A stretch of 38,825 nucleotides of DNA from Candidatus Bathycorpusculum acidaminoxidans (GCA_009786255.1 WQTO01000212.1:1-38825); one strand, 5' to 3'; positions 1 through 10,931 are shown, counted from the first letter of the stretch. The notes: a model not told the origin generated them from the letters alone. Numbers and translations: made by a program.

Positions 1-313
1 CCTACAAGCCGTATCACATAGTACACCTCAAAATAGAACGTTTCATGATCAGAAAGATTATTGACAAATTTAAACGTTACAATAATTTTGTATTTGAGGC
101 CCACCATGTAAAACACTTACTCATACCCTTACTTGTTTGTTCTTTAGCTCAGTCGGTTTCATAATTCTGTTTACAAGAAGTAGCATCCCGTAGCATCGGC
201 CAAAATTTGTGCTCTAACTTTTTACAGCTGTAACAAGGGTAAATAACAGATTGTTTTCTGCTGTTAGAATTATTTTTTTGTATTTTGATAGTTGCTGTAA
301 TGCTTAAATTGTA

Positions 314-1042
314 GTGAACAGACAATTAGAAGTAATGTCAAGCGGTATTAAGAGACAAATTCACGGTATAATGTGGCTTCTTAGGAATCCCAAACAAATT
401 CAGCACCTTATCATACGGGAGACACTGTATCGACGTAGGAACTCTAGTCGGCAAGGTTGGATTGAGTGGCAAAAATATGACACCTATACGGCTGCGTTTC
501 AGCATAGTACCAATGTTTCTTATGCAAGACCTTTGAATCAGGCGAGAATTCAAACTTTTCTTGAAATGATAAGCAGAGGAGGCAAAAACCTAAACGTTTT
601 AGACGTTGGCTGTGGTGATGGCGTGTTAAGTGAACCCATAGCAAAACAGGGTAACGCTGTAACAGGGTTTGATTTGCCAACAATTACCTCTATGGCTCAT
701 AAACGGCGCATCTCAAATGTTTTCTCAGGTGACGCTGAAAACTTGGCGTTTAAACCAGAAGTTTTTGATGTTGTTTTAGCTTCAGAGGTGGTAGAGCATC
801 TTTGGAATCCTCAACGTTTTCTTAATGATGCGCATCGTGTGTTAAAACCTAAAGGTCTTCTCATTTTGGAAGCTCCTGAGGGTATTGAGGGTCTAAGGTA
901 CGATGCGCATAAAAACTGGTTCACTACAGAACGCTTTCAGCATATGTTGGATAAAAAATTTACTTTACTGCAATCAAAAACGTACTCGCCCGAATGGGGA
1001 GCCCCCACAGCAACATTTATTTGTCTATTTCAAAAAAACTAG
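314..1042 (+). CDS. Class I SAM-dependent methyltransferase (Methyltransf_11/UbiG-like)
   Basis: Motif I VLDVGCGDG, GDAENLAF, FDVV..SEVVEHL and ..RVLKPKG.L motifs. Start codon uncertain (GTG 314 or a downstream ATG). Stop overlaps the convergent gene by 4 bp. Confidence 0.9.
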   Translation: MNRQLEVMSSGIKRQIHGIMWLLRNPKQIQHLIIRETLYRRRNSSRQGWIEWQKYDTYTAAFQHSTNVSYARPLNQARIQTFLEMISRGGKNLNVLDVGCGDGVLSEPIAKQGNAVTGFDLPTITSMAHKRRISNVFSGDAENLAFKPEVFDVVLASEVVEHLWNPQRFLNDAHRVLKPKGLLILEAPEGIEGLRYDAHKNWFTTERFQHMLDKKFTLLQSKTYSPEWGAPTATFICLFQKN

Positions 1043-2130
1043 ACTGATAAGGTTTCATGTGCGTCTTTTAGCAGTTTTTCTATAGGTAAATTGTAGGGGC
1101 ATTTTGGTTGACATAGGCCACAGTGGGTGCATTTGTCAAATTTTATGTCCAGTCCACTGTATAGTTTACAGGCCCATTTCTTAAGCCCATAGACTGTGTG
1201 AAAAGAGGCGAATCGTAGAATTGCGGGTATGTTTATTTTTTCAGTACAGGGCATACAGTAAGCGCAGTCACGGCAGTGCGCAAGTGGAAAGTTGAAGCGT
1301 TTTTGCTCTAAAGTCGTTAGTCCTTGATAATTTATACCTACTTTAGCGGCAGTTTCAACTTCAACTATGGAACGTACGCCTACAAGAGTTGAGGCAACAT
1401 CTTTAGACAAGTTATATCTAAGAAGGCTAGAAACCATTTCAGAATTGTTTTGTCCTAAGAGCAGCTTTAATTCAGGTTCATTGGAAACCAATGAAAGAGA
1501 GGGTTGATATAAGCAAGTAACGAGATTGGATGTTTTGGCAGAGAGAGGTTTCATAGCTATTACGCCAACATCTAAGTCTTTGGCGGCAGGCAAAAGTTCT
1601 TCTTCAGCTTGTCGGGTTATAATATTTAAAGGGACAAGAACTGTGTCAAATTCACCTGTCTGTATGGCTTTAAGTAAAACACGTGGTTTATGTCCTGTTA
1701 TACCAATGAAATTTGTTAGTTTTTCTTTTTGAGCTTTTTTACAGGTTTGCAGTGCGCCATCAGAGCTTATAGCTTTGGTTAGGGTTTTTTCGTCATCGAT
1801 ACCGTGTAGTTGAAGTATGTCAACGTGGTCTGTTTGGAGACGCTGTAAACTGGTTTTTAGGTCGTCAAGAGATTCTTGTTTTGTTCGAGAACCAGTTTTT
1901 GTAGCTATTACGCATTGGTTGCGAACATTTTTTAGGGCGTGACCAATTTTTTCTTCACTATCACCATCCCAGCGGGCAGTGTCAAAATAGTTAATACCTA
2001 ACTCGAAGGCTTTCCTAACAACATTTACAGCATCGGATGGACTTATCTCAGATATCCATGTTCCACCGAAGCTAACTAGGGACGTTTGAAGATTTGTTTT
2101 GCCAAGACGTCGTTTCTGCAAGCATAGCAC
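1039..2130 (-). CDS. Aldo/keto reductase with C-terminal 4Fe-4S dicluster domain
   Basis: RRLGKTNL, GINYFDTA, IATK, SLQRLQTDHVDILQLH and IGITGH AKR motifs. C-terminal CRDCAYCMPC and CTHCGLCQPKCP ferredoxin motifs. Confidence 0.9.
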   Translation of the reverse strand: MLCLQKRRLGKTNLQTSLVSFGGTWISEISPSDAVNVVRKAFELGINYFDTARWDGDSEEKIGHALKNVRNQCVIATKTGSRTKQESLDDLKTSLQRLQTDHVDILQLHGIDDEKTLTKAISSDGALQTCKKAQKEKLTNFIGITGHKPRVLLKAIQTGEFDTVLVPLNIITRQAEEELLPAAKDLDVGVIAMKPLSAKTSNLVTCLYQPSLSLVSNEPELKLLLGQNNSEMVSSLLRYNLSKDVASTLVGVRSIVEVETAAKVGINYQGLTTLEQKRFNFPLAHCRDCAYCMPCTEKINIPAILRFASFHTVYGLKKWACKLYSGLDIKFDKCTHCGLCQPKCPYNLPIEKLLKDAHETLSV

Positions 2131-2133
2131 CTG

Positions 2134-3510
2134 TTAGGCCATACCGGCATTATCCGATGAAGAGGTTAAACGGAGTTGTCGTTTAGCAAAATTTAACACA
2201 CCCTCTCTTTGAATACGCTGCAAAATACGTTTAGGTGCACGATGATAATTTTTGAAAAACTGTTTTTGTATGCGCATCAACTCGTCGTAGTCAAACTCTT
2301 CAGTTTTGTAACTGTAGAGAAAATCATCAAGCTGAGTATACTGGCCTGTCTTTAGCATTTCACGCCATAGAGGACTATCAGGATAAGCTATAAACACGTT
2401 AAATTGGCACCAATCAGAGTTAAGTTTATCAGCAAAACGATAAGACGTCATCAAATCCGCTCTAGTTTCACTTGGCATACCTAACATAAAAGAACAAGCA
2501 ACCTTAATGCCGGCTTTACGACACATTTTATAGGCAGCCTCTATTTGCTCTAAGGTTATATGCCTATTAATATGATTTAGAACCTTTTGAGAACCCGATT
2601 CTATACCAAACCATATAGTTTTACATCCAGCAGAGGCCATTTTATTTAGCACCTCTTGGTTTACAAGATCAACACGAGTATCGCAGACCCATTCAAGATC
2701 TAAATTACTTTTAATTAGCAAATCACAAAAGTCTACTGTTTGGTTTTTGCGCATAGTAAAATTGTCGTTAATAAAGTATATACCACGAGTACCATATGTT
2801 TCCACTAAATGGTTAACCTCAGCCATAACACGTTGAGGACTAAACTGGCGATTAATATTACCCCAAAGTTTAGTAGTCTCACAGAAACCACAACTAAAAG
2901 TGCAGCCACGACTAATACTCATAATGTCAGCGGGTTTTGCCTTTAAAAATTCAATATTACGATCATACTTTTCTAAAGGCAAAAGATGACGCGCGGGAAA
3001 AGGTAACTCGTCCATGTTCATAAATTTAGGCTCATTTTTTATAACACCCGCAGAACTTCGAGAGGCTACACCTGCCACCGTTGAAGCGCCTAAATAATCC
3101 TCTTTAACAATAAAAGAGGCAAGCTCCACTATAGCACGTTCCCCCTCACCCATAATGGCATAATCAATTTCAAGAGTTTCAAGCAAACTTTCAGGCATAT
3201 AAGACGCATGCCAACCACCAACAACCACTTTACAGCCGGGAACCACCTGTTTTATAGCCCTAGCTGTTTCAACACATTTCTTGTAAGTAGCACTCCCACA
3301 AGTTATACCAACAATAGCCGGCTGCAGATTTAAAACAAGCCGCTGAACCTCCTCGATACTTTGCTGCATTAAATAATTGTCAAGCATCTGCACCTCATGC
3401 CCAGCCTGCTCCAAAGACGCAGCAATATACATAAGCCCAAGGGGAGGAAGCCTTTTCCCATGAAACCACGGCGCATTAGAAGGAGGCGCAGTAGTCATTA
3501 ACAAAATCAA
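2134..3510 (-). CDS. B12-binding (class B) radical SAM protein
   Basis: N-terminal PPLGLMYIAASLE / VGGWHAS / GEGE cobalamin-binding domain; SRGCTFSCGFC (CxxxCxxC); DNFT, TRVD, GIESGSQ. TTG start; 3 bp from the AKR gene, so probably co-transcribed. Confidence 0.93.
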   Translation of the reverse strand: MILLMTTAPPSNAPWFHGKRLPPLGLMYIAASLEQAGHEVQMLDNYLMQQSIEEVQRLVLNLQPAIVGITCGSATYKKCVETARAIKQVVPGCKVVVGGWHASYMPESLLETLEIDYAIMGEGERAIVELASFIVKEDYLGASTVAGVASRSSAGVIKNEPKFMNMDELPFPARHLLPLEKYDRNIEFLKAKPADIMSISRGCTFSCGFCETTKLWGNINRQFSPQRVMAEVNHLVETYGTRGIYFINDNFTMRKNQTVDFCDLLIKSNLDLEWVCDTRVDLVNQEVLNKMASAGCKTIWFGIESGSQKVLNHINRHITLEQIEAAYKMCRKAGIKVACSFMLGMPSETRADLMTSYRFADKLNSDWCQFNVFIAYPDSPLWREMLKTGQYTQLDDFLYSYKTEEFDYDELMRIQKQFFKNYHRAPKRILQRIQREGVLNFAKRQLRLTSSSDNAGMA

Positions 3511-3812
3511 TTAGCAAACAACTCCTCAAAGAGGCCCACATATAAATAAAGTAACACAATTCTTCCTCAATTAACCTTCTAAACATAGTTGATAGAACTA
3601 CAATTTAATAAGCTTTAACCAAAAAACCCCATTAACAACAAAAAACAATCAACAACAGAAAACAAAAACAGAAAGACAACAACCTATAGGTATAACTAAT
3701 CTAAAAATAAATAGTCCATATCAAATTCATAGATGAACAGTTAGACATTCAAGTTTTGCAGAAAAAGAATCATTTTAAACTTTGACAAAATTTCAATAAA
3801 AACTCTAATAAG

Positions 3813-4340
3813 TTAGCATCTATCAGGTTTAACGATTATTTGTTTAACAAAGGCTTTAACATCATTTAGTTGTCCATACACCATAAGTCGTTCATCAGTT
3901 TGCTTATTAACGGTTAAATGCCATTTTTCAGCTAATTTAAGTACATATTCTTCAGATATGATATTGTCTGTTTTAATGCGAACCCATTTTTTATCACGAG
4001 ACACGCCAAGTACAAATCGATCAGCAACTACATTGGCAGGGTTTTCTTTAGTTGATATTTGTTGCAAGCTAGCATCTTTGAGACGCTTGAGCCATTCATC
4101 TACTTCTGTTGACTCAAAAACTTTTTGGGCGTTACTTATCAGGTAAGCTTCAACAGTTGCAGTATATGTTTCAGCTTTGATTACAGTTTGCTCATTGAAA
4201 TTTTCACTACATATCAAGTCAATCATAGAGCGTGCCGCCCGCAAATCCTTGAGGATCTCAGGAGATATTTGAATACCTTTTTTCCGGAGAGCTATTAAAA
4301 GATCCTCAAGAGTTCTCCAAACAGCCATAGTGTGACCCAT
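3813..4340 (-). CDS. DUF2096-family archaeal protein
   Basis: N-terminal W.TLEDLL..LRKKG..I...DLR.AR pattern typical of DUF2096; 175 aa. Confidence 0.7.
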   Translation of the reverse strand: MGHTMAVWRTLEDLLIALRKKGIQISPEILKDLRAARSMIDLICSENFNEQTVIKAETYTATVEAYLISNAQKVFESTEVDEWLKRLKDASLQQISTKENPANVVADRFVLGVSRDKKWVRIKTDNIISEEYVLKLAEKWHLTVNKQTDERLMVYGQLNDVKAFVKQIIVKPDRC

Positions 4341-4471
4341 AATGCAACATCAAAAGTAGATATGTCTTATAAGTTATAAAGGTTTAAACTAATATTGGAG
4401 AAAAAATGAATTATTTAACGGAAAACTTGTTATTTTTCATTTGTATTGTTTATTGGAATATGAAGATACAG

Positions 4472-5215
4472 TTAGGAACTTTTTTGGTTTATGAATGTTT
4501 TTGCCATACGCTTAGCATTATCTTTTGGCTCTAATAGTTCTTTGATTAGATTGTATTGACGTTGGTATATGTGACAGTTTTTGCTGTGGAAAATTAATTT
4601 GCCGGTTTTTAAGAATAAACCGCTTTTTTCGTTTATCTCATTTACGAATGCTTCATTGAAAAGTTGTAAACCGGCAATGTTTGCGGGTAATCCACCAAAG
4701 GCGTCCCAGCTGCGGAAGTAACATGTTAAGTGTAGTTTGTTATCAGAGATTTCAGTGTCAATAATGCTCAGACAGGGGGGTTCACTTTTTTTGTTGTTTT
4801 CATCGAATTTTTTAATGTCTGTTGGTAGTCGGATTACCATGGTGACTTGGCGGTCTTTTTGTTCTTCAGCGTATCGTTTTATGGCTTCTTCAATTTGGTT
4901 AATAGGATGATTTAATCGACTACCATAAGTATACGTTTCGTCGTCTTGTTTTTCGCCGCACCAGAGGTATTCAAGGGCGTATCCTTGAACGTATTTGAAA
5001 TCGCATGAGGCCTTATCGCTTACAAGAGGTCTGTTTTCGGGATGCTCAATTTCAATAGTAAGATTCAGCTTTTTTGTCTCAGTTTCTTCAGAGCCAAATC
5101 CAACAGGAAAAATATCACCGTCATACCAAATTCTGTTTAAAGTTTTAAACCAGGCATCAGGACAGTCAAATGCTGAAATCTTTAAGTGTTTCATGCTATA
5201 GATTCTCCAAAACAT
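4472..5215 (-). CDS. thyA: Archaeal-type thymidylate synthase (ThyA family)
   Basis: YTYGSRL, PPCL (catalytic Cys), YFRSWD, PAN and HIY motifs. True start may be the ATG of MKHLK. Confidence 0.82.
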   Translation of the reverse strand: MFWRIYSMKHLKISAFDCPDAWFKTLNRIWYDGDIFPVGFGSEETETKKLNLTIEIEHPENRPLVSDKASCDFKYVQGYALEYLWCGEKQDDETYTYGSRLNHPINQIEEAIKRYAEEQKDRQVTMVIRLPTDIKKFDENNKKSEPPCLSIIDTEISDNKLHLTCYFRSWDAFGGLPANIAGLQLFNEAFVNEINEKSGLFLKTGKLIFHSKNCHIYQRQYNLIKELLEPKDNAKRMAKTFINQKSS

Positions 5216-5348
5216 TCCTTGTAGGTATGTTACTCTAAGTGTATTTCCTAAATAAATAGGTACGGTTTAGCATATAAATCAGATAGGAAGGCAAGAAACA
5301 ATCTGTGTTAAACTTTGTGTGTAATAGTTACAAAAAGGAAAATGTGGG

Positions 5349-7040
5349 TTAGTAGGGCATTCCGCCCATACCACCCATTCCGCCCATACCACCCATTCCG
5401 CCCATACCACCCATTCCTCCTGGGGGTGCTGGTGGCATTTTGCTGCCTTTGATACTAATTAGGTCATCTATTTTTAGTATCATGTTAGTAGCTTCGGTAG
5501 CTGATTTTATTACTTGCTGTTTAACGCGTAAGGGTTCGATGATCATTTTTTCGCACATACAGGTGATTTTACCTGTGGATACGTCTATACCCATGCGTTT
5601 GCCGTCTTTCTTTTCGTGTTCGCTACGTAGGGCAACCATGATATCTATGGGGTCTAAGCCAGCGTTTTCTGCAAGAGTCAAAGGAATTGCTTCTACAGCG
5701 TCTGCGAAGACTTCGATTGCAAGTTGTTCGCGTCCGCCTACTTTAACTGCGTATGCACGTAAGCCTTTTGCAATTTCAGCCTCAGTTGCACCACCGCCTG
5801 CAGTGATTTTGCCGTCTTCAATTACGTTTCGAACTACACATAACCCATCGTGTAGACTGCGTTCAGCTTCGTCAATTACATGATTAGATGCACCACGAAT
5901 AACTAAAGTTACTGCCTTTGGATTCTTGCAGTCACGTATGTAGAGAAGTTTATCATCACCGATTTTGACTTCTTCTACTCGTTTAGCATTGCCTAAGGTG
6001 TCAGCTTTGAGATCTTTTACGCTTGCAGCAATGCTTGCGCCTGTTGCGCGAGCGAGTTTCTCTATATCACCACTGCTAACACTTTTAACGGTCAAAATAC
6101 CAGCTTTGCCAAGAAAGTGTAAGGCCATGTCATCAATACCTTTTTCACAGAAAACAACGTTTGCACCAGATTTTTGGACAGCTGTAACCATGTCTTTTAT
6201 CATACGTTCTTCTTCATCCAAGAAGAGTTGCATCTGGTCAGGGCTTTCAATGTTAATTTTAGCATCGAACTCTGTTTTTTCTATTTCAAGCTTTGCGTTA
6301 AGTAAAGCAATTTTGGCATTGTCAATAATTTTTGGCATCTGTGAACTGGCTACTTCTTTATCAAGAACCATACCTTTAACTAATTCAGATTCATCAAGAC
6401 TTTTACCGTGCTTTTTGACTACTTTAATTAAGTCAAGATCAGCCTTGTATTTGCCGTCAACTTTTTCTGCCACTTGTTTAACTGCGTCAACAAGTAGTTT
6501 TGTAAAGTGTTCTTGAGCAATGTTTATGCCTTTGCTGTTAAGAGAAGTCAAAGCTATCTGTTTAATTGTCGCGTCATCATCAAAGGTTACAGGCATAGCA
6601 ATAGAGTCAAGAATTTCCTGAGCCTTCTCGCTTGCTTTTTTAAAGCCTTCAATAATAACAGTAGGATGCACATTTTTATCCAATAAACTCTCTGCCTTAG
6701 AGAGCAACTCACCAGATAAAACAACTGCAGTTGTTGTGCCATCACCAACTTCGTTATCTTGAGCTTTAGCAACTTCTACAAGCATTTTTGCTGCTGGATG
6801 TTGAACGTCAAGTTCTTTCATTATGGTTGCACCATCATTTGTAATTGCAATGTCACCCATACCGGTTACAAGCATTTTATCCATTCCACATGGACCTAAT
6901 GTTGTTTTTACGGTTTCAGCCACAATTTTTGCAGCCATAATGTTACTTCTTTGTGCTTCACGTCCAATTGTTCTGCCAGTACCCTCTTTTAGTACTAGAA
7001 CTGGAACTTGTCCACCTTGTGTTGACATAATATTCACCAA
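5349..7040 (-). CDS. ths: Thermosome (group II chaperonin) subunit
   Basis: [33 protein letters not shown] and GGGATE motifs; GGM-repeat C-terminal tail. Confidence 0.98.
   Translation of the reverse strand: MVNIMSTQGGQVPVLVLKEGTGRTIGREAQRSNIMAAKIVAETVKTTLGPCGMDKMLVTGMGDIAITNDGATIMKELDVQHPAAKMLVEVAKAQDNEVGDGTTTAVVLSGELLSKAESLLDKNVHPTVIIEGFKKASEKAQEILDSIAMPVTFDDDATIKQIALTSLNSKGINIAQEHFTKLLVDAVKQVAEKVDGKYKADLDLIKVVKKHGKSLDESELVKGMVLDKEVASSQMPKIIDNAKIALLNAKLEIEKTEFDAKINIESPDQMQLFLDEEERMIKDMVTAVQKSGANVVFCEKGIDDMALHFLGKAGILTVKSVSSGDIEKLARATGASIAASVKDLKADTLGNAKRVEEVKIGDDKLLYIRDCKNPKAVTLVIRGASNHVIDEAERSLHDGLCVVRNVIEDGKITAGGGATEAEIAKGLRAYAVKVGGREQLAIEVFADAVEAIPLTLAENAGLDPIDIMVALRSEHEKKDGKRMGIDVSTGKITCMCEKMIIEPLRVKQQVIKSATEATNMILKIDDLISIKGSKMPPAPPGGMGGMGGMGGMGGMGGMGGMPY
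5358..5417. repeat. 18-bp perfect tandem repeat (x3 plus partial) encoding the thermosome (GGM)n tail
   Basis: cattccgcccataccacc at 5358, 5376 and 5394, then cattcc at 5412. Confidence 0.9.
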
Positions 7041-7088
7041 ATATGTAATCTAATTTGAGATTTAGTGAATTGGAACAAGCAAAGAGAA

Positions 7089-7104
7089 CTTATAAATTTT
7101 TCCC
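7089..7104 (-). promoter_or_regulatory. Putative archaeal BRE + TATA promoter of the thermosome gene
   Basis: Minus strand reads gggaaaaa-tttataag, about 50 bp upstream of the CDS start. Confidence 0.55.
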
Positions 7105-7140
7105 AATAAGTCAATGAACAAACAAAAGACTAAACGCTAT

Positions 7141-8223
7141 TTAGGCTTTAATAATGTTGTAACCCGAAGCTTTTCGCAAGCGGTTCATAACAGCTAAACC
7201 TATACCGTCTAACGGCACACTTTCAGCTAAGATAACATCAACAGAGGTTATGTTAAAGGCACGTAATTCTTTAAACAGATTACCTGCAATCAAATTAAGA
7301 TTAGAACGACTACCCATAGATTTTACTGTACAACCAAAATATTTGTTTCTAGTTTCATCAGTTGCCAGCACACCTACTTTTTTACCCTCACAAATGTACT
7401 GCTCAGATAAATCGATAATCTTGTTAATCATTTCGGAAAGATTACCTTCGACTAATATTACCTCTGCATTTGGCGCATAATGTTTATGCATCATACCAGG
7501 AGAACGTGCTTGTTTAACGGTAACCTCTTGCTCAGAGATAACAAATGGATGTAAAACCACATCAGGCAATACAGCTCGAATAGCTTCAAAAGATACTCCA
7601 CCAGGCCTTAACAACACGGGCGGATTGACACTTAAATCTAAAACAGTAGACTCAACACCTATACTTGTAGAACCACCATCCAATATTACATCAATCTTAC
7701 CAGCTAAATCATCATAAACATGCTGCGCAAGAGTCGGACTGGGATTCCCGGAAAGATTTGCACTAGGCGCCGCAATAGGAACACCACTTTGCTTAATCAA
7801 AGCTAAAGCAACACTATGGTTAGGCATTCGCACCGCAACAGTGTCCAAACCAGCAGTAGACTCTTTAGGCAACGCCTCAGAACGTTTAAACACCAAAGTT
7901 AAAGGACCAGGCCAAAATTGACGCATTAACACACCAGCATTTCTAGGCACCTCCCCCACAAACTGATAAACCTGATTAACATCAGATACATGCAAAATAG
8001 GAGGATTATCCAAAGGCCTATTTTTAGCCTTAAACAAAGCTAAAACAGCAACAGAATCTAGAGCATTTGCACCTAAACCATAAACAGTCTCCGTAGGAAA
8101 AGCAACCAAACCACCCCTCTGAATAACCCTAGCAGCAACTTGAATTTGCTCAAAACCAGAAACAACAGAATTCACCGGAAGCACCAAAGTTTTCAGATTT
8201 AAATTTTGAACAGTTAACACCAT
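7141..8223 (-). CDS. sua5: L-threonylcarbamoyladenylate synthase, Sua5 type (YrdC + SUA5 domains)
   Basis: VAFPTETVYGLGA, KNRPLDNP, FWPGPLT, VAVRMP, AAPSANLSG, PGMMHKHYAP and NRLRKAS motifs. Confidence 0.97.
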   Translation of the reverse strand: MVLTVQNLNLKTLVLPVNSVVSGFEQIQVAARVIQRGGLVAFPTETVYGLGANALDSVAVLALFKAKNRPLDNPPILHVSDVNQVYQFVGEVPRNAGVLMRQFWPGPLTLVFKRSEALPKESTAGLDTVAVRMPNHSVALALIKQSGVPIAAPSANLSGNPSPTLAQHVYDDLAGKIDVILDGGSTSIGVESTVLDLSVNPPVLLRPGGVSFEAIRAVLPDVVLHPFVISEQEVTVKQARSPGMMHKHYAPNAEVILVEGNLSEMINKIIDLSEQYICEGKKVGVLATDETRNKYFGCTVKSMGSRSNLNLIAGNLFKELRAFNITSVDVILAESVPLDGIGLAVMNRLRKASGYNIIKA

Positions 8224-8489
8224 AAACCTTCAATCAAACAGATTTCTATAAACGTTTATGCTAAACCAACAATTTCTCCTCCCTACACACTTAAAATTCA
8301 AGAAAACACACTAAAAACAAAAACAAACCTCCTTTTTGCAAAAAAAGAATTGTTCCATAAACATAACCTGCTCAAGACAAATTTGAATAAACCAATAATT
8401 TTTGCAAATCAGTTTTAGACCACAAATCATTTGGAAAGATTGTAATGTTTGTATTCTCTTTGCGAAATATAAGAACGGGCGTGATAGAG

Positions 8490-8765
8490 TTATCGTAAAT
8501 TAGCATTTTGTCGCAGAAGAGGTTGTATTGTAAGAATACTTGTTTTAGAAGTTTTGTGTTGCCTTTGCGGAAGTCTGGTTGTTGGTTAACCATATGGTTC
8601 CTAGGCTTTTAGTGGTTTCTTTGGCTAGTTGTCGGCTGATCTTATTTTGTTGTGGTGGCCGTATATCCATAGTTTTAGGAGTGTTTCTGGTGGGTAGGCG
8701 GGTCGTCTTTCTTGTTGTGGGGTGGTTTTTGTGAATTCTAGTTGTTTTAGGTTTAGGTGTTTACC
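8490..8765 (-). mobile_element. Decayed IS1182-family transposase fragment (N-terminal DUF772 region), frameshifted
   Basis: Successive frames give LNLKQLEF...RPAYPPETLLKLWIYG..NKIRS / SRQLAKET....IWL / QPDFRKGNTKLLKQVF. These match the IS1182 pattern GRPAY.P..LLKLYLYGY...IRSSR.LE......WL.....PDF...DFRK.N. Boundaries approximate. Confidence 0.75.
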
Positions 8766-9249
8766 ACTACAACGAACACAACTTGAATGCAATGCCACTG
8801 TAGATATAGCAAAGGTATTTTTGACAGATAATGATTGAGAAAAGATCATTCTTCTATGATACTTCCATGAATAAATTGAGCATAATAAATACAGTTTGAA
8901 GAAATGTTCGTTGCAGTGTTACGAAGGCGTTTATTATTCTTGTGGGGTTTTCTTTTGTTATATAGTTGTCTAGTTTGTTTGGTAGTAGGGTTGTTTGTTG
9001 TCTGTTTCGGGTTTCTATGCATGGCATGTGTTTTTGTCTCGTTTACAAGTTCATTATTTTATTATATTGCAAACATAATATTTAAAGGCGTATTTTTATT
9101 TTTGTGTTGGATTGTTGTGTGTGGTTTGGTTTTTGGTGTGTAAAAGTTGTGTTGGAGCCCGTCTTTTGTTGAGTGTTTAGGCTGTGTTTTTCTTTAATAT
9201 TTTAAAAAGTTAGACTAGTTTTCGGACTTTAACTACGTGGATATACTGA

Positions 9250-9463
9250 ATCAGGAGCAACGGGAACCATCTGCTAGTATATGCTTCCAATGATAATACA
9301 AACTGGGTTCTATCAAAGATATGGTTCTTAATACAAGCGGGTCAGGTGGGGAAACCCTTATTGATTGTGGATATGTAAATAATTTCCAATATCCTCCATA
9401 GTTGTCTATAACGACCGCAACTACGGAGATGTATACCTCAACAAAGCACATGTACTCACTTAA
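9250..9463 (+). pseudogene. Frameshifted C-terminal fragment of a probable secreted beta-rich protein
   Basis: Joining frames gives NHLLVYASNDNTNW...LIDCGYVNNFQY..IVVYNDRNYGDVYLNKAHVLT*. No intact start. Confidence 0.3.
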
Positions 9464-9664
9464 CCCTAAAAAAGACGGCCATACAATAATAATGATGCGC
9501 CAGCAATCCTTAAAACAGAAAATGACAATTCTACACCGCATTATACCCTTGTTTCTTTATTAATCAATTAGTGAAATGTTTAAACAAAAAGGCAGAGTGA
9601 ATAAAAATGAAGCCGAAAGCATTAATAATAATGTACCTTGTTAAATTAAAGGGAGTGCATTTAT

Positions 9665-10699
9665 ATGAATGTGAATGTTAAGTTTGAAGCTAATTTACAC
9701 TATTTTTTTAGTAAAAAGTTTGTAATTTTTGTTTCTTTATTGTTTTTGTTAGTGCTAGTTTTTTCTTCTTCTATCTCTGTGGTTATTGGAGCATCAATCA
9801 CGTCTGATGTTGTAGTTAAAAATGAAATGGAACTTTTAAACGCTATTAGTGAGGCTCCAAATAAAAAATCACATATTATCAGTCTTAGCGAGAACATTAC
9901 TCTGAAGAACTCTCTTGAAATTCCTAAGAATAAAAACATTACTTTGATAGCATTTGGCGGTAGTGATGCATGTTTGCGTGGAAGCAATGACATAGATACT
10001 ATTGTCATCAAGTCGGGTGGGATATTGGTACTTTTGGACAATATTGTTGTAACTCATGAGGAAGATGCTATAGGTAGAGGGCTATGCGTTGAAAGCGGTG
10101 GCACACTTATTCTATCTGGTGGTGAAATTTTTGGCAACACAGTCAATGCTTCGGGTGGTGGCGTGTACAATCAAGGCGATTTTAAAATGTATAGCGGTAA
10201 AATTTCAAACAACACAGTCTACATCAATGGTGGTGGTATGTATAATGCAGGTAGTTTTGTTATGTCTGGTGGCGAAATTTCTGACAACAACGCTTCTAGC
10301 TGGGGTGGTGGTGTGCTAACCGATAGTCGGGCTACTTTCATTATGTCAGGTGGTAAAATTACCCACAACACAGCAGGTGTTGACGGTGGTGGTGTATTCT
10401 ACTTTAGTGGCGATAAGGGCACTTTTACCCTATTAGGTGGCGAAATTTTTGACAACACCGCTACGTTATACGCCATAGGTAATAATTTAGCTGAAGTATC
10501 CGTCCATCCTTGGACACCCTTTACAGTAATAAATTGTCTTTTGTTTATCATAGTTGCTGTGATAGTTTCCGGTATTTTGTTGTTGCTTTATCGTTTAAAG
10601 AGGCAAAAACGGTTCACTTTCTATTATGGCTCTTTGTTTTCTTCGGAACATCGGTTTGCTACTTTTTCAGATAATGTCTTCATGCCCCATAACAGGTAA
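9665..10699 (+). CDS. Membrane-anchored surface protein with GGGVYN / F.M.GG.I..N beta-helix repeats (adhesin-like)
   Basis: N-terminal hydrophobic signal; about four repeats (GGGVYNQGDFKMYSGKISNNT, GGGMYNAGSFVMSGGEISDNN, GGGV..FIMSGGKITHNT); C-terminal TM helix followed by basic residues. Confidence 0.8.
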   Translation: MNVNVKFEANLHYFFSKKFVIFVSLLFLLVLVFSSSISVVIGASITSDVVVKNEMELLNAISEAPNKKSHIISLSENITLKNSLEIPKNKNITLIAFGGSDACLRGSNDIDTIVIKSGGILVLLDNIVVTHEEDAIGRGLCVESGGTLILSGGEIFGNTVNASGGGVYNQGDFKMYSGKISNNTVYINGGGMYNAGSFVMSGGEISDNNASSWGGGVLTDSRATFIMSGGKITHNTAGVDGGGVFYFSGDKGTFTLLGGEIFDNTATLYAIGNNLAEVSVHPWTPFTVINCLLFIIVAVIVSGILLLLYRLKRQKRFTFYYGSLFSSEHRFATFSDNVFMPHNR

Positions 10700-10931
10700 C
10701 TTACATCAAGACACAACCGCTTTTACGCTCTATCGGCAAAAACCAAATGTTTATCTGCATTTAATCAACAACTACAGGTAATCTAAAAATTATCTCTAAT
10801 TTTAATGTGTTATCGTGTCCAATTTTTGGTGAAAACATAAACGAGCCAGCTCTGTGGATCTCAAGAAAAAAAATGCACAGCCTAAAATTTAAATCGTTTA
10901 AACCATGTAAAGTAGATCAGGCAGAGAAAAC

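Noticed and set aside
3-107. Minus-strand open frame MVGLKYKIIV... running off the window edge
   Set aside because: Only 35 codons with no motif; cannot be supported as a gene.
145-157. tagctcagtcggt resembles a tRNA D-arm
   Set aside because: No acceptor stem, anticodon arm or GTTC T-loop follows.
5358-5417. Tandem repeat as a possible CRISPR or VNTR
   Set aside because: No spacers; it encodes the ordinary chaperonin GGM tail.
5440-6516. Long + strand ORFs (147 and 183 aa)
   Set aside because: Antisense shadows of the thermosome gene. The same applies to the many short ORFs opposite other genes (e.g. 13037-13474, 13711-14115, 22273-22638, 35507-35893).
8904-9143. 79-aa hydrophobic, Cys-rich ORF
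   Set aside because: Probably arises from G/T-rich low-complexity sequence; no motif. A small membrane protein cannot be fully excluded.
10700-10931. Cobalamin riboswitch upstream of the cob operon
   Set aside because: No B12-box or conserved GGGAA/GCCACTG elements are visible.
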